Part shown: positions 49,909 through 58,772 of the stretch, one piece after another
Position numbering within the stretch: position 1 is the stretch's first letter
Layout of the letters: each line of letters opens with the position of its first letter
Source: Spirochaetales bacterium
GTDB taxonomy: Bacteria; Spirochaetota; Spirochaetia; Treponematales; UBA12059
DNA length: 64,000 bases
Reading direction: 5' to 3'
Assembly (NCBI GenBank): GCA_016928955.1
Contig: JAFGJV010000004.1
Coordinates: 259,736-323,735 of the forward strand
Notes under the pieces: model-generated
What the model was told of the DNA's origin: nothing
Database searches by the model: none
Seen by the model: the letters and a program-made list of their open reading frames with translations, nothing else
Made by a program: the position numbers and the translations under genes

Positions 49909-51576
49909 ATGAGCGACATGGACGCCATCCAAAAGGGCGCGGACGCGTATGACGCGGGCGTCAAGAAGAGCCTGGCCAAGTTCGCCGAGCGCAAGGAACG
50001 CTTTGTCACGGGCTCCAAAAGCCCCGTGGAGCGTCTGTACACGCCTCTCAACAACGCCGGCCAGGACTACGTCAGGGACATAGGCTTTCCGGGCGACTAT
50101 CCGTACACGCGCGGCGTCCAGAACACCATGTACCGTGGGCGCCTGTGGACCATGCGCCAGTACGCAGGTTTCTCCACCGCCGAGGAGTCGAACAAGCGCT
50201 ACAAGTTCCTCCTGGAACAGGGCACCACGGGCTTGTCCGTGGCCTTTGACCTGCCCACCCAGATAGGCTATGACTCCGACCACGCCCTGTCCCAGGGCGA
50301 GGTGGGCAAGGTGGGCGTGGCAATAGACTCGCTGGCCGACATGGAGATTCTGTTCAACGGCATACCGCTGGACAAGGTGTCCACGTCCATGACCATCAAC
50401 GCTCCGGCGTCCGTCCTCCTGGCCATGTACATAGCCGTGGCCGAGAAACAGGGCGTCAAGCCGGACCAGCTGAACGGCACTATACAGAACGACATCCTGA
50501 AGGAGTACGTGGCCCGGGGTACCTACATCTTCCCGCCAGAGCCGTCCATGCGCCTGATCACGGACATATTCGCGTACTGCTCCAAGGAAGTTCCCAACTG
50601 GAATACCATATCCATATCCGGCTACCACATACGGGAAGCCGGCGCCACCGCGGCCCAGGAAGTGGCTTTTACCATAGCCGACGGCGTTGCCTATGTGGAC
50701 GCCGCCATCAAGGCCGGCCTGGATGTTGACGACTTCGCGCCGCGGCTTTCGTTCTTCTTCAACGCCCACAACGATCTCTTTGAGGAAGTGGCCAAGTTCA
50801 GGGCAGCCCGCCGCGTGTGGGCCAAGATCATGAAGGAGCGATTTGGCGCCAAGAGCCCCAAGAGCTGGATGCTCCGCTTCCATACCCAGACCGGTGGCTC
50901 GACGCTGACCGCCCAGCAGCCCGACAACAACATCGTGCGCGTGGCCATCCAGACCCTGGCCGCCGTGCTCGGCGGCACGCAGTCGCTCCACACCAACTCC
51001 AAGGACGAGGCCCTGGCCCTGCCCACGGAGGACTCCGTCCGCATAGCCCTGCGCACCCAGCAGATCGTTGCCTACGAGTCCGGAGCGGCCGAGACCGTAG
51101 ACCCGCTGGCCGGCTCCTACTACGTGGAAAGCCTGACCGACCGCATCCAGAAGGAAGCCGAGGCGTACATAGCGCGCATCGATGACATGGGCGGCGCGGT
51201 CAAGGCCATCGAACGCGGCTACGTCCAGCAGGAAATCCAAGACGCCGCCTACGCATACCAGATGGACATAGAGTCCGGCGAGCGCGTGGTGGTCGGCATG
51301 AACAAGTTCCAGATCAAGGAAGCCCCGCCCTCAGGACTCCTCAAAGTGGATCCCAAGGTGGGGGAGGACCAGGCCAATAAACTTAGGGACCTCAAAGCCA
51401 AACGAGACAACGCCCGCGTCGCCTCGTCGCTCGAGGCCGTCAAGCTCGCGGCCACGGGCGGCGACAATCTGATGCCGCCCATCCTGGACGCTGTCCGGGC
51501 CTACGCCACCCTGGGCGAGATATGCGACGTACTCCGCGGTGTGTTCGGCGAGTACCAGCAGAAGGTCATCCTTTAA
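49909..51576 (+). CDS. Methylmalonyl-CoA mutase, catalytic (N-terminal) subunit of a split enzyme
   Basis: [40 protein letters not shown]. 555 aa with no B12 domain. Confidence 0.9.
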   Translation: MSDMDAIQKGADAYDAGVKKSLAKFAERKERFVTGSKSPVERLYTPLNNAGQDYVRDIGFPGDYPYTRGVQNTMYRGRLWTMRQYAGFSTAEESNKRYKFLLEQGTTGLSVAFDLPTQIGYDSDHALSQGEVGKVGVAIDSLADMEILFNGIPLDKVSTSMTINAPASVLLAMYIAVAEKQGVKPDQLNGTIQNDILKEYVARGTYIFPPEPSMRLITDIFAYCSKEVPNWNTISISGYHIREAGATAAQEVAFTIADGVAYVDAAIKAGLDVDDFAPRLSFFFNAHNDLFEEVAKFRAARRVWAKIMKERFGAKSPKSWMLRFHTQTGGSTLTAQQPDNNIVRVAIQTLAAVLGGTQSLHTNSKDEALALPTEDSVRIALRTQQIVAYESGAAETVDPLAGSYYVESLTDRIQKEAEAYIARIDDMGGAVKAIERGYVQQEIQDAAYAYQMDIESGERVVVGMNKFQIKEAPPSGLLKVDPKVGEDQANKLRDLKAKRDNARVASSLEAVKLAATGGDNLMPPILDAVRAYATLGEICDVLRGVFGEYQQKVIL

Positions 51577-51632
51577 CAGGCGGTTGAACAGCATCGAGTT
51601 TTTCAACATTCTGTTATGAGAGGAACGGAAAC

Positions 51633-52034
51633 ATGGAACGGAAAATACGCGTACTGGTTGCCAAACCTGGCCTTGACGGCCATGACCGAGGCGCCAAGGT
51701 GATTGCCCGGGCCCTCCGCGACGCGGGCATGGAAGTGGTGTACACGGGCCTCAGGCAGACGCCCGAGCAGATTGTGGCTGCCGCACTGCAGGAAGACGTG
51801 GACGTGATAGCCATGAGCATATTGTCCGGCGCCCATAACCACCTGTTTCCGCGCGTCATGGATATCCTCCGCGAGAGGAATGTGCAGGATATCCTGGTCA
51901 TAGGCGGCGGGGTCATTCCGGACGACGACATACCGGCCCTCAAGGCCGCGGGCATAGCAGGCGTGTTCACGCCCGGCACGCCAACGTCGGCGACCATAGA
52001 CTTCATCAAGAACAACCTCAAGCGCAGCGTCTGA
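51633..52034 (+). CDS. Methylmalonyl-CoA mutase, B12-binding (C-terminal) subunit
   Basis: [21 protein letters not shown] carries the DxHxxG cobalamin-binding motif. Confidence 0.9.
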   Translation: MERKIRVLVAKPGLDGHDRGAKVIARALRDAGMEVVYTGLRQTPEQIVAAALQEDVDVIAMSILSGAHNHLFPRVMDILRERNVQDILVIGGGVIPDDDIPALKAAGIAGVFTPGTPTSATIDFIKNNLKRSV

Positions 52035-52039
52035 GCGCC

Positions 52040-53149
52040 ATGAGCGACGCCCTCTCCCTGGCCGACCGGGCACGAACCGGCGACGTGCGCGCCCGAGCGC
52101 GGCTCATCACGCTGATCGAGCGTGACGATCCCGAGCGGCTCGGCGCGCTGTCCGCCCTGCGGGCCAGCGCCCGGGGCTCGGCGCATGTGGTGGGCATTAC
52201 CGGCCCGCCGGGAGCCGGCAAGAGCACCCTGACGGACAAAATAGTGTCAGAGCTCAGGTCCAGGGGACGGACCGTCGCCGTTGTTGCCATAGATCCGTCC
52301 AGTCCCTTCACCGGCGGTGCCCTCCTGGGCGACCGCATACGCATGAACCGCCATGCCACGGACGAGGGCGTGTTCATACGCAGCCTGGCCACCCGCGGCC
52401 ACCTTGGAGGGCTGTCGCGCGCCACGGGCGAGACCGTGAGACTCCTTGACGCGCTGGGCTATGACGACGTCATTATAGAGACGGTGGGCGTGGGCCAGTC
52501 CGAGGTGGACATAGTCCGCCTGGCTGACACCGTTGTGCTGGTATCCGTTCCCGGCCTGGGCGACGACATACAGGCCATCAAGGCCGGCGTCATGGAGATA
52601 GGCGACGTGTTCTGCGTCAACAAGGCCGACCGGGACGGGGCGGAGCGCGTGGTTAGGGAGATACGCTCCATGCTGGAAACGGCCGTGATGAACGGGGCGG
52701 CCACGCGCTTTTCCGAGCTCTTTGCTGCCCTGGCCGACCGTAAGCAGGCCGCGCGGGAGCCAGAGAACGCTGATGCGCGCGCGCATTTCAGCCAGGGGGC
52801 GGCGCACCACATAGCGGCCGATGGCCACGGCAGCCTGGAGCTGCCGCCGGTGGTGGCCACGGTGGCCGAAACAGGGCAGGGCGTCAGGGAACTGGTGGAC
52901 CACATCAAGGCCCACGAGGCTGGACTCGAGGCCACGGGCCTTTTGGCCAAGCAGAGGCGGGCCAACCTGGCCTGGGAACTGGGTACGGAGGCGGCTGGCA
53001 GGCTGGTCGGCCTCCTCGAGCACGAGGAACGCCGCGAGGAAGTGGCAGCACTGGCCGACGCGGTGCTGGCCCGCTGCATGGATTTTCACGACGCTGTGGC
53101 CGGGGTGGAGCGATCGCTCGCCGAGGCCATACGCTCAAAGGGTAGCTGA
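52040..53149 (+). CDS. meaB: Methylmalonyl-CoA mutase-associated GTPase MeaB/ArgK
   Basis: P-loop GITGPPGAGKSTL, then ETVGVGQSE and NKAD. Confidence 0.9.
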   Translation: MSDALSLADRARTGDVRARARLITLIERDDPERLGALSALRASARGSAHVVGITGPPGAGKSTLTDKIVSELRSRGRTVAVVAIDPSSPFTGGALLGDRIRMNRHATDEGVFIRSLATRGHLGGLSRATGETVRLLDALGYDDVIIETVGVGQSEVDIVRLADTVVLVSVPGLGDDIQAIKAGVMEIGDVFCVNKADRDGAERVVREIRSMLETAVMNGAATRFSELFAALADRKQAAREPENADARAHFSQGAAHHIAADGHGSLELPPVVATVAETGQGVRELVDHIKAHEAGLEATGLLAKQRRANLAWELGTEAAGRLVGLLEHEERREEVAALADAVLARCMDFHDAVAGVERSLAEAIRSKGS

Positions 53150-53171
53150 GCTCGCACTGAGGAGGATAACG

Positions 53172-53573
53172 ATGATCGGAAAGATCGACCATATCGGCAT
53201 AGCCGTGGCCAACCTGGACCAGACCCTCAAGCTGTACACGGACGTGCTGGGCATGAGCCTGCACGGCACCGAGACGGTGGCCGACCAGAAGGTCAAGGTA
53301 GCCTTCCTGCCCCTAGGCGACTCCGAGCTTGAGCTTCTTGAGTCGACGGACCCCGAGGGGCCCATAGCCAAGTTCATTGCCGCCAAGGGCGAGGGCATAC
53401 AGCACATAGCCTTCAAGGTGGACAATATAGAGGCCGCGCTTAACGAGATGCGGGCAAAGGGAATACGCCTGATCGACGAAAAACCGAGGTACGGGGCCGG
53501 CGGCGCCAAGATCGCCTTCCTGCACCCAAAATCCACAGGCGGCGTTCTTGTGGAACTCTGCCAGCGGGACTGA
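53172..53573 (+). CDS. mce: Methylmalonyl-CoA epimerase (glyoxalase/VOC fold)
   Basis: IDHIGIAV...LELLE...GEGIQHIAFKV...AFLHPKSTGGVLVEL. GGAGGA lies upstream of the ATG at 53172; the ORF-track start at 52821 lies inside meaB. Confidence 0.9.
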   Translation: MIGKIDHIGIAVANLDQTLKLYTDVLGMSLHGTETVADQKVKVAFLPLGDSELELLESTDPEGPIAKFIAAKGEGIQHIAFKVDNIEAALNEMRAKGIRLIDEKPRYGAGGAKIAFLHPKSTGGVLVELCQRD

Positions 53574-53617
53574 CAAGGGTGACGCTCTAAAAGCCCAATG
53601 GTTCGTAGGGCGTCCCG

Positions 53618-53693
53618 GCGTTTTCGGCCGAAAACGCGATGTTTTCTAAGGAAACCCTCTAAAAACAAAGGTTTTTAGAGGCTCCCAAGGAGC
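53618..53693 (+). promoter_or_regulatory. Three inverted repeats in the 128-nt mce-mmdA spacer; the last one includes the SD
   Basis: gcgttttcgg/ccgaaaacgc at 53618-53637. AT-rich ctctaaaaac-aaag-gtttttagag at 53657-53680. gctcc-caa-ggagc at 53681-53693, overlapping AAGGAG. Confidence 0.4.
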
Positions 53694-53701
53694 TTGCCAA
53701 C

Positions 53702-55246
53702 ATGGAAGAGAAACTCAAGCAACTGAAGGAGCGCCGGGACGCGATACTCGCGGGCGGCGGCCCGAAACGCGTCCAGGCCCAGCACGACAAGGGCAAGATG
53801 ACGGCCCGCGAGCGCCTGGAAGCCTTTCTGGACCCGGGCAGCTTTGTGGAGATAGACGCCTTTGTGGAGCACCGGGCCGTTGACCTGGGCATGGACAAGG
53901 TGGACGCACCCGGCGAGGGCGTGGTCATAGGCTACGGCACCGTTGACGGCCGCCTGGTCTATGTGTTTGCCCAGGACTTCACCGTAATAGGCGGCTCCCT
54001 CGGCGAGATGCACGCGGCCAAGATATGCAAGGCCATGGACATGGCCGTCAAGGTCGGCTGCCCCTGCATAGGCATCAACGACTCCGGCGGCGCCCGCATC
54101 CAGGAGGGCGTAGACGCTTTGTCTGGCTACGGCGACATCTTCTACCGCAACACGCTGGCCTCGGGCGTCATACCGCAGATATCCGTGATCATGGGTCCCT
54201 GCGCGGGCGGCGCCGTGTACAGCCCGGCCCTGACCGACTTCACCGTGATGGTCGACAAGACCGCAAACATGTTCATCACCGGCCCCCAGGTTATCAAGGC
54301 CGTGACCGGCGAGGACGTGAGCGCCGAGGGCCTGGGCGGAGCCACCGTGCACTCGGAGATTTCCGGCTGCGCCCACCTGATGTTCGCCACCGAGGCCGAT
54401 ACCCTGGCCGGCATCCGGAAGCTCCTGTCGTACCTCCCGCAGAACAACGTGGAGGATGCCCCGCTTGCCCATACGGCCGATCCCGTGGCCCGCGAGCTTC
54501 CCGCCCTGGCGGACATCATACCTGACTCGCCCAACAAACCCTACGACATCCGCGACGTCATCAAGCAGGTGTTCGACGACGGCGACTTCTTCGAGATACA
54601 GAGCCTGTACGCCATGAACATCGTGGTAGGTTTCGCGCGCCTGGGCGGAAGGTCCGTAGGCATCGTGGCCAACCAGCCGCGCATCATGGCGGGCGTCCTG
54701 GACATCAACGCATCGGACAAGGCCAGCCGCTTCATCCGCTTCTGCGACGCCTTCAACCTGCCCCTGGTCACCTTCACGGACACCGCCGGCTACCTGCCCG
54801 GCGTGGGCCAGGAGCACGGCGGCGTCATACGCCACGGGGCCAAGCTCCTGTACGCCTATTCGGAAGCCACCGTGCCCAAGCTGACCGTGATCGTGCGCAA
54901 GGCCTACGGCGGCGCCTACATTGCCATGTGTTCCCGCCATCTGGGGGCCGACCAGGTGTTCGCCTGGCCAAGCGCCGAGATAGCCGTGATGGGCCCAGAC
55001 GGCGCTGCCAACATCATCTTCAAGAAGGACATCGACGAGGCGGCTGATCCGGCGGCAAAGCGCAAGGAAAAGATCGACGAGTACAAGCGCAACTTTGCCA
55101 ACCCGTACAAGGCGGCCGTTCGCGGCTACGTGGACGACGTCATCGATCCCGCCGACACGCGCAAGCGCCTTGCCGGCGCCCTGGCCATGCTCCTTGGCAA
55201 GCGGGAAAGCCGCCCGGCCAAGAAGCACGCCAACATGCCGGTTTGA
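53702..55246 (+). CDS. mmdA: Methylmalonyl-CoA carboxyltransferase (12S / decarboxylase alpha subunit; propionyl-CoA carboxylase-beta family)
   Basis: KGKMTARERLEAFLDPGSFVE, GGSLGE, DSGGARIQEG, DTAGYLPGVGQEHGG. Confidence 0.9.
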   Translation: MEEKLKQLKERRDAILAGGGPKRVQAQHDKGKMTARERLEAFLDPGSFVEIDAFVEHRAVDLGMDKVDAPGEGVVIGYGTVDGRLVYVFAQDFTVIGGSLGEMHAAKICKAMDMAVKVGCPCIGINDSGGARIQEGVDALSGYGDIFYRNTLASGVIPQISVIMGPCAGGAVYSPALTDFTVMVDKTANMFITGPQVIKAVTGEDVSAEGLGGATVHSEISGCAHLMFATEADTLAGIRKLLSYLPQNNVEDAPLAHTADPVARELPALADIIPDSPNKPYDIRDVIKQVFDDGDFFEIQSLYAMNIVVGFARLGGRSVGIVANQPRIMAGVLDINASDKASRFIRFCDAFNLPLVTFTDTAGYLPGVGQEHGGVIRHGAKLLYAYSEATVPKLTVIVRKAYGGAYIAMCSRHLGADQVFAWPSAEIAVMGPDGAANIIFKKDIDEAADPAAKRKEKIDEYKRNFANPYKAAVRGYVDDVIDPADTRKRLAGALAMLLGKRESRPAKKHANMPV

Positions 55247-55258
55247 CGGAGGCGCGCC

Positions 55259-55585
55259 ATGGATGTATGGACCATTACCATAGTCGGCGTGGGGACGGTA
55301 TTCCTTGCCCTGGTCGGCCTGTCCCTCATGCTCGGCATGTTCAAGCGCCTGTTCCACGGGCGTAAGGACTCGGCACCGAGCGCGGCTACCGCTGAAGCTC
55401 CCAGGCCCGCGCCTGCGCGGGCCGCGGACGGAACCCTGGTTGCCGTGATCAGCGCGGCCATAGCCGCAGCTACCGGTGGCCAGCCCGGCTCGTTCCGGGT
55501 TGTGTCCGTGCAGGCGTCCGGAGGATTCTCAACCCCCGTCTGGGGTCACATCGATAGACTGACGCGGACCGGAAGCGGCCGCTAG
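55259..55585 (+). CDS. mmdD: OadG-like small membrane subunit (decarboxylase delta/gamma-type)
   Basis: Single N-terminal TM ([25 protein letters not shown]) plus an A/P-rich tail. It sits between the alpha and biotin-carrier subunit genes. Confidence 0.7.
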   Translation: MDVWTITIVGVGTVFLALVGLSLMLGMFKRLFHGRKDSAPSAATAEAPRPAPARAADGTLVAVISAAIAAATGGQPGSFRVVSVQASGGFSTPVWGHIDRLTRTGSGR

Positions 55586-55602
55586 ACGCAACGAAAGGGA
55601 GT

Positions 55603-55995
55603 ATGAACATGCTGAAGAAATATCGCGTTACCGTGAACGGCCAGGCGTACGACGTGGCCGTGGAAGAGTTGGGCTCCCAGACATCCGCTCCGGTGGCCTC
55701 GGCTCCCGCGCCCGTGGCAGCCCCGGCCGCGTCTCCCGTCCCATCGGCCCCATCGGCCCCGGCCGCCCCGAGCTCCGGCACGGCCGGCTCGGTCAAGGCT
55801 CCCATGCCGGGCACGGTGCTTGGCGTCAAGGTGGCGGCTGGCCAGCAGGTCAAGCGCGGCGACGTGCTCCTGATCCTGGAAGCCATGAAAATGGAGAACG
55901 AAATCACGTCCCCCGCGGACGGCACCGTGTCCCAGGTCCGCGTGCAGGCGGGCACCACCGTCAATACCGGCGATCCGATGATAGACATCGCCTGA
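55603..55995 (+). CDS. mmdC: Biotin carboxyl carrier subunit
   Basis: A/P-rich linker, then [15 protein letters not shown], the biotinyl-lysine motif. Confidence 0.85.
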   Translation: MNMLKKYRVTVNGQAYDVAVEELGSQTSAPVASAPAPVAAPAASPVPSAPSAPAAPSSGTAGSVKAPMPGTVLGVKVAAGQQVKRGDVLLILEAMKMENEITSPADGTVSQVRVQAGTTVNTGDPMIDIA

Positions 55996-56016
55996 AGGGG
56001 GTAACGGGTACCGCAT

Positions 56017-57177
56017 ATGTGGCAGAATATCCTGGAGTTCCTCCAGTCTACAGGTTTCGCGGCCTTCGGCAACAGCTCCATGATGGTGTTCGGCGTTATT
56101 CCCGGCGAGCTCATCATGATCGTCGTCGCCTGCGTGCTCCTGTACCTAGGCATAGCCAAAAAGTTCGAGCCCCTGCTCCTTGTGCCCATAGCCTTTGGCA
56201 TGCTGCTGGTCAACCTGCCGCTGGGCGGCGTCATGGCCGCACCGCTGGGAGACACACCCGGGGGCCTTGTGTACTACTTGTACCAGGGCGTGAAACTCGG
56301 CATATACCCGCCGCTCATCTTTATGGGCGTGGGAGCCATGACGGATTTTGGCCCGCTGATAGCGAATCCACGAAGCTTGCTGTTGGGCGCGGCCGCGCAG
56401 ATCGGAATCTTCATCACCTTCCTTGGGGCCACAGCCCTTGGCTTTGACCTGAAATCGGCGGCTAGCATAGGCATCATAGGCGGCGCGGACGGCCCGACGG
56501 CCATATTCGTCACCTCCAAGCTCAACAGGGACCTGCTCCCGGCCATCGCCATAGCGGCATACTCGTACATGGCCCTGGTGCCCATCATCCAACCGCCCAT
56601 CATGAAGCTCCTGACAACCAAAAAGGAGCGCATGGTGGTGATGGATCAGTTGCGCGACGTGTCAAAGACCGAGAAGATACTGTTTCCCATCGTCGTGACG
56701 ATTGCGTGCGGGCTGCTTCTGCCATCTGCCGTGCCGCTTTTAGGAGCGCTGATGCTCGGCAACCTGTTCCGGGAAACGGGCGTGACCGCGCGACTTTCGG
56801 ATACCTCGCAGAACGCGCTCATGAACATCCTGACCATCTTCCTGGGCGTTTCTGTGGGCGCTACCGCGGCAGCGGAACGGTTCCTCCAGATAGAGACGCT
56901 CAAGATCATCGCCCTGGGACTCGTTGCCTTTGCCATAGGAACGGCGAGCGGGGTGCTGTTCGGCAAGATCATGTACCGCACGAGCGGCGGCAAGGTGAAC
57001 CCGCTTATAGGCTCAGCCGGCGTGTCCGCAGTGCCCATGGCCGCCCGCGTATCGCAGGTTGTGGGCCAGAAGGAAAACCCCGGCAACTACCTCCTGATGC
57101 ACGCCATGGGCCCGAACGTGGCCGGAGTCATAGGAAGCGCCATAGCCGCCGGCGTTATGCTGTCCTTCCTCGGCTGA
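56017..57177 (+). CDS. mmdB: Na+-transporting decarboxylase beta subunit (OadB/MmdB/GcdB family)
   Basis: 386-aa polytopic protein with [23 protein letters not shown] and [13 protein letters not shown]. Confidence 0.9.
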   Translation: MWQNILEFLQSTGFAAFGNSSMMVFGVIPGELIMIVVACVLLYLGIAKKFEPLLLVPIAFGMLLVNLPLGGVMAAPLGDTPGGLVYYLYQGVKLGIYPPLIFMGVGAMTDFGPLIANPRSLLLGAAAQIGIFITFLGATALGFDLKSAASIGIIGGADGPTAIFVTSKLNRDLLPAIAIAAYSYMALVPIIQPPIMKLLTTKKERMVVMDQLRDVSKTEKILFPIVVTIACGLLLPSAVPLLGALMLGNLFRETGVTARLSDTSQNALMNILTIFLGVSVGATAAAERFLQIETLKIIALGLVAFAIGTASGVLFGKIMYRTSGGKVNPLIGSAGVSAVPMAARVSQVVGQKENPGNYLLMHAMGPNVAGVIGSAIAAGVMLSFLG

Positions 57178-57191
57178 TATCTGCGCGCACC

Positions 57192-57227
57192 AAAAAACGG
57201 CGCCCCCATTCCGGGGCGCCGTTTTTT
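57192..57227. terminator. Bidirectional rho-independent terminator closing the mmd cluster and the convergent thioesterase gene
   Basis: A6 - cggcgcccc / ggggcgccg stem (10 bp, 6-nt loop) - T6. Confidence 0.85.
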
Positions 57228-57250
57228 ATCCCTGCCTTAAGCCGCTGTCG

Positions 57251-57730
57251 TCAATTCGTCGGCTTGAAAGCGTCCTTGCCCGGATACAGGAATTTACGCT
57301 CCGCTATGTGGGCGGGCACTATGGCGTAGGCCACGTCGGACTGGCTGCACAGGGTCCCGTGTCCGTCATACAGGCTCACCGTCATCACGGCGCGGCGGCC
57401 GTCATTGTTGGCAAGGGCGGCCTTGAGCGTTATGTGACCGTGGGCTATGTACACGGGCGACAGGTAGCGTATGGACAGGTCCGCCGTGAAACCGGCCGTA
57501 CCGAGCTTGGCGAACACATACCAGCTGGCTATCTCGTCGTGCAAGGCGGCCTGGACGCCTCCGTGCAGGACGCCGTTGAAGCCGCAGTAGTCGGGCTTGG
57601 GCTTCCACTCGCTGACCACCTGGTCGCCCTCGTCCCTGAAGGTCATGGCCAGGCCTATGGGGTTGTCCGGGCAACAGCCGAAGCAACGGTAGCCGTCGCC
57701 GCCTATAAAGGGATTGGCTATATCGTGCAT
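57251..57730 (-). CDS. PaaI-family hotdog-fold thioesterase
   Basis: MHDIANPFIGGDGYRCFGCCPDNPIGL...NGVLHGGVQAALHDE. GGAG lies 8 nt upstream of the ATG at 57730; the ORF-track start at 58063 lies inside hflC. Confidence 0.8.
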   Translation of the reverse strand: MHDIANPFIGGDGYRCFGCCPDNPIGLAMTFRDEGDQVVSEWKPKPDYCGFNGVLHGGVQAALHDEIASWYVFAKLGTAGFTADLSIRYLSPVYIAHGHITLKAALANNDGRRAVMTVSLYDGHGTLCSQSDVAYAIVPAHIAERKFLYPGKDAFKPTN

Positions 57731-57747
57731 GAGGATCTCCACAGCGC

Positions 57748-57789
57748 AAAAACTGAAACCCGACCGGGCGTTGGCCCGGCCGGGTCGGG
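57748..57789 (-). terminator. Candidate terminator of hflC
   Basis: Minus strand: cccgacc...ggtcggg stem followed by TTTCAGTTTTT. Confidence 0.45.
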
Positions 57790-57791
57790 AA

Positions 57792-58772
57792 TCAGCGGCC
57801 GTTGGGGCCGTACAGGTAGTCGAAGTAGTCCATGTCCGTGGACAGGGTTTTCTGGAAAGAGGGCAGGGTAAGCCGGTACGACTCGACGGCGCGCCAGAAC
57901 TCGTAGAACGAGCGGTCGCGTCCGTATGCCTGGGCGTATATGCCCGCCGCCTCGGCGTCGGCCTTGCCCTTGATGGTCTCGGCCTCGGCGTACGCCTCGG
58001 ACAGGCGCGTGCGGCTGTCGTTCTCAAGCCGGCCCATCCACTCGGCCTTCTTGCCCTCGCCAAGGGCGCGGAACGCCTGGGCTATCTGGCTGCGCTCGGC
58101 TATCATGCGCTGGTACACGCTCTCGGTCAGCTCGTTGGAGTAGCGTATCTGCCGGGGGATCACGTCTATGATCTCTATGCCGTACTCCGGCGCCTGCTCC
58201 CTGGCCAGCGAAAGCATGTCCAGGCTCAGGGCCCTGCGGCCCTTCTCTATGCGGTCGTAGCTGGTCTGGACGGTGGTGAGCGAGCGCAGGGCTTCCGTGC
58301 TCTCCAGTTCGCTTGACGAGAAGGCCTCGGCCACGTTGTCCGTCATGATGGCGTTGGTGTTGCGGACGGCTTCCCTGAGGTAGTTGCCCGTAATAACGGT
58401 GCGCACGGCGCTGTCTATGATGTCGGACAGCCAGCGGTACGCGCGGTCCATGCTGGTCAGGCCCTTGTAGAACTTCTCCGGATCGGCGATGCGCCAGCGA
58501 GCGGTCACGTCCACCCATATGTACTGCTGTTCTTTGGTGAGTATGCTCTGCGGCTCTCCGTCCCAGGCTTGCACCTTTTTGGAGTAGGTCACCACGTTGT
58601 CGGTGAACGGCGTCTTGAATTTGAGCCCGGCGCTCGTCTCGACTTTGCGGATTTCGCCAAAGCGGAGCACCAGGGCCTGCTGTCCCTCATCAAGGACATA
58701 GAAGGGTCCGGTCAGAAGGAGAAGGCCAAGAATGGCCACAATGACGACGAGGGTAATAATCAGCTTCTTCAT
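57792..58772 (-). CDS. hflC: Protease modulator HflC (SPFH/band-7)
   Basis: N-terminal TM followed by an SPFH domain. 4-nt overlap with hflK. Confidence 0.85.
   Translation of the reverse strand: MKKLIITLVVIVAILGLLLLTGPFYVLDEGQQALVLRFGEIRKVETSAGLKFKTPFTDNVVTYSKKVQAWDGEPQSILTKEQQYIWVDVTARWRIADPEKFYKGLTSMDRAYRWLSDIIDSAVRTVITGNYLREAVRNTNAIMTDNVAEAFSSSELESTEALRSLTTVQTSYDRIEKGRRALSLDMLSLAREQAPEYGIEIIDVIPRQIRYSNELTESVYQRMIAERSQIAQAFRALGEGKKAEWMGRLENDSRTRLSEAYAEAETIKGKADAEAAGIYAQAYGRDRSFYEFWRAVESYRLTLPSFQKTLSTDMDYFDYLYGPNGR

Noticed and set aside
53596-53615. tRNA-like fragment (GGTTCGTAGGG resembles a T-arm) in the mce-mmdA spacer
   Set aside because: No acceptor stem, D-arm or anticodon arm can be drawn around it, and the spacer is too short and otherwise palindromic. 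tRNAscan-type software would settle it.
49549-55357. Long minus-strand ORFs of 563 aa (49549-51240) and 560 aa (53675-55357)
   Set aside because: They are antisense to the methylmalonyl-CoA mutase and mmdA genes respectively, both of which carry diagnostic motifs. The same reasoning applies to 6660-8213 (antisense to pnp), 45631-46977 (antisense to the 5S gene), 16359-17429 (antisense to the VWA gene), and 17657-18694 and 18881-20086 (antisense to greA).
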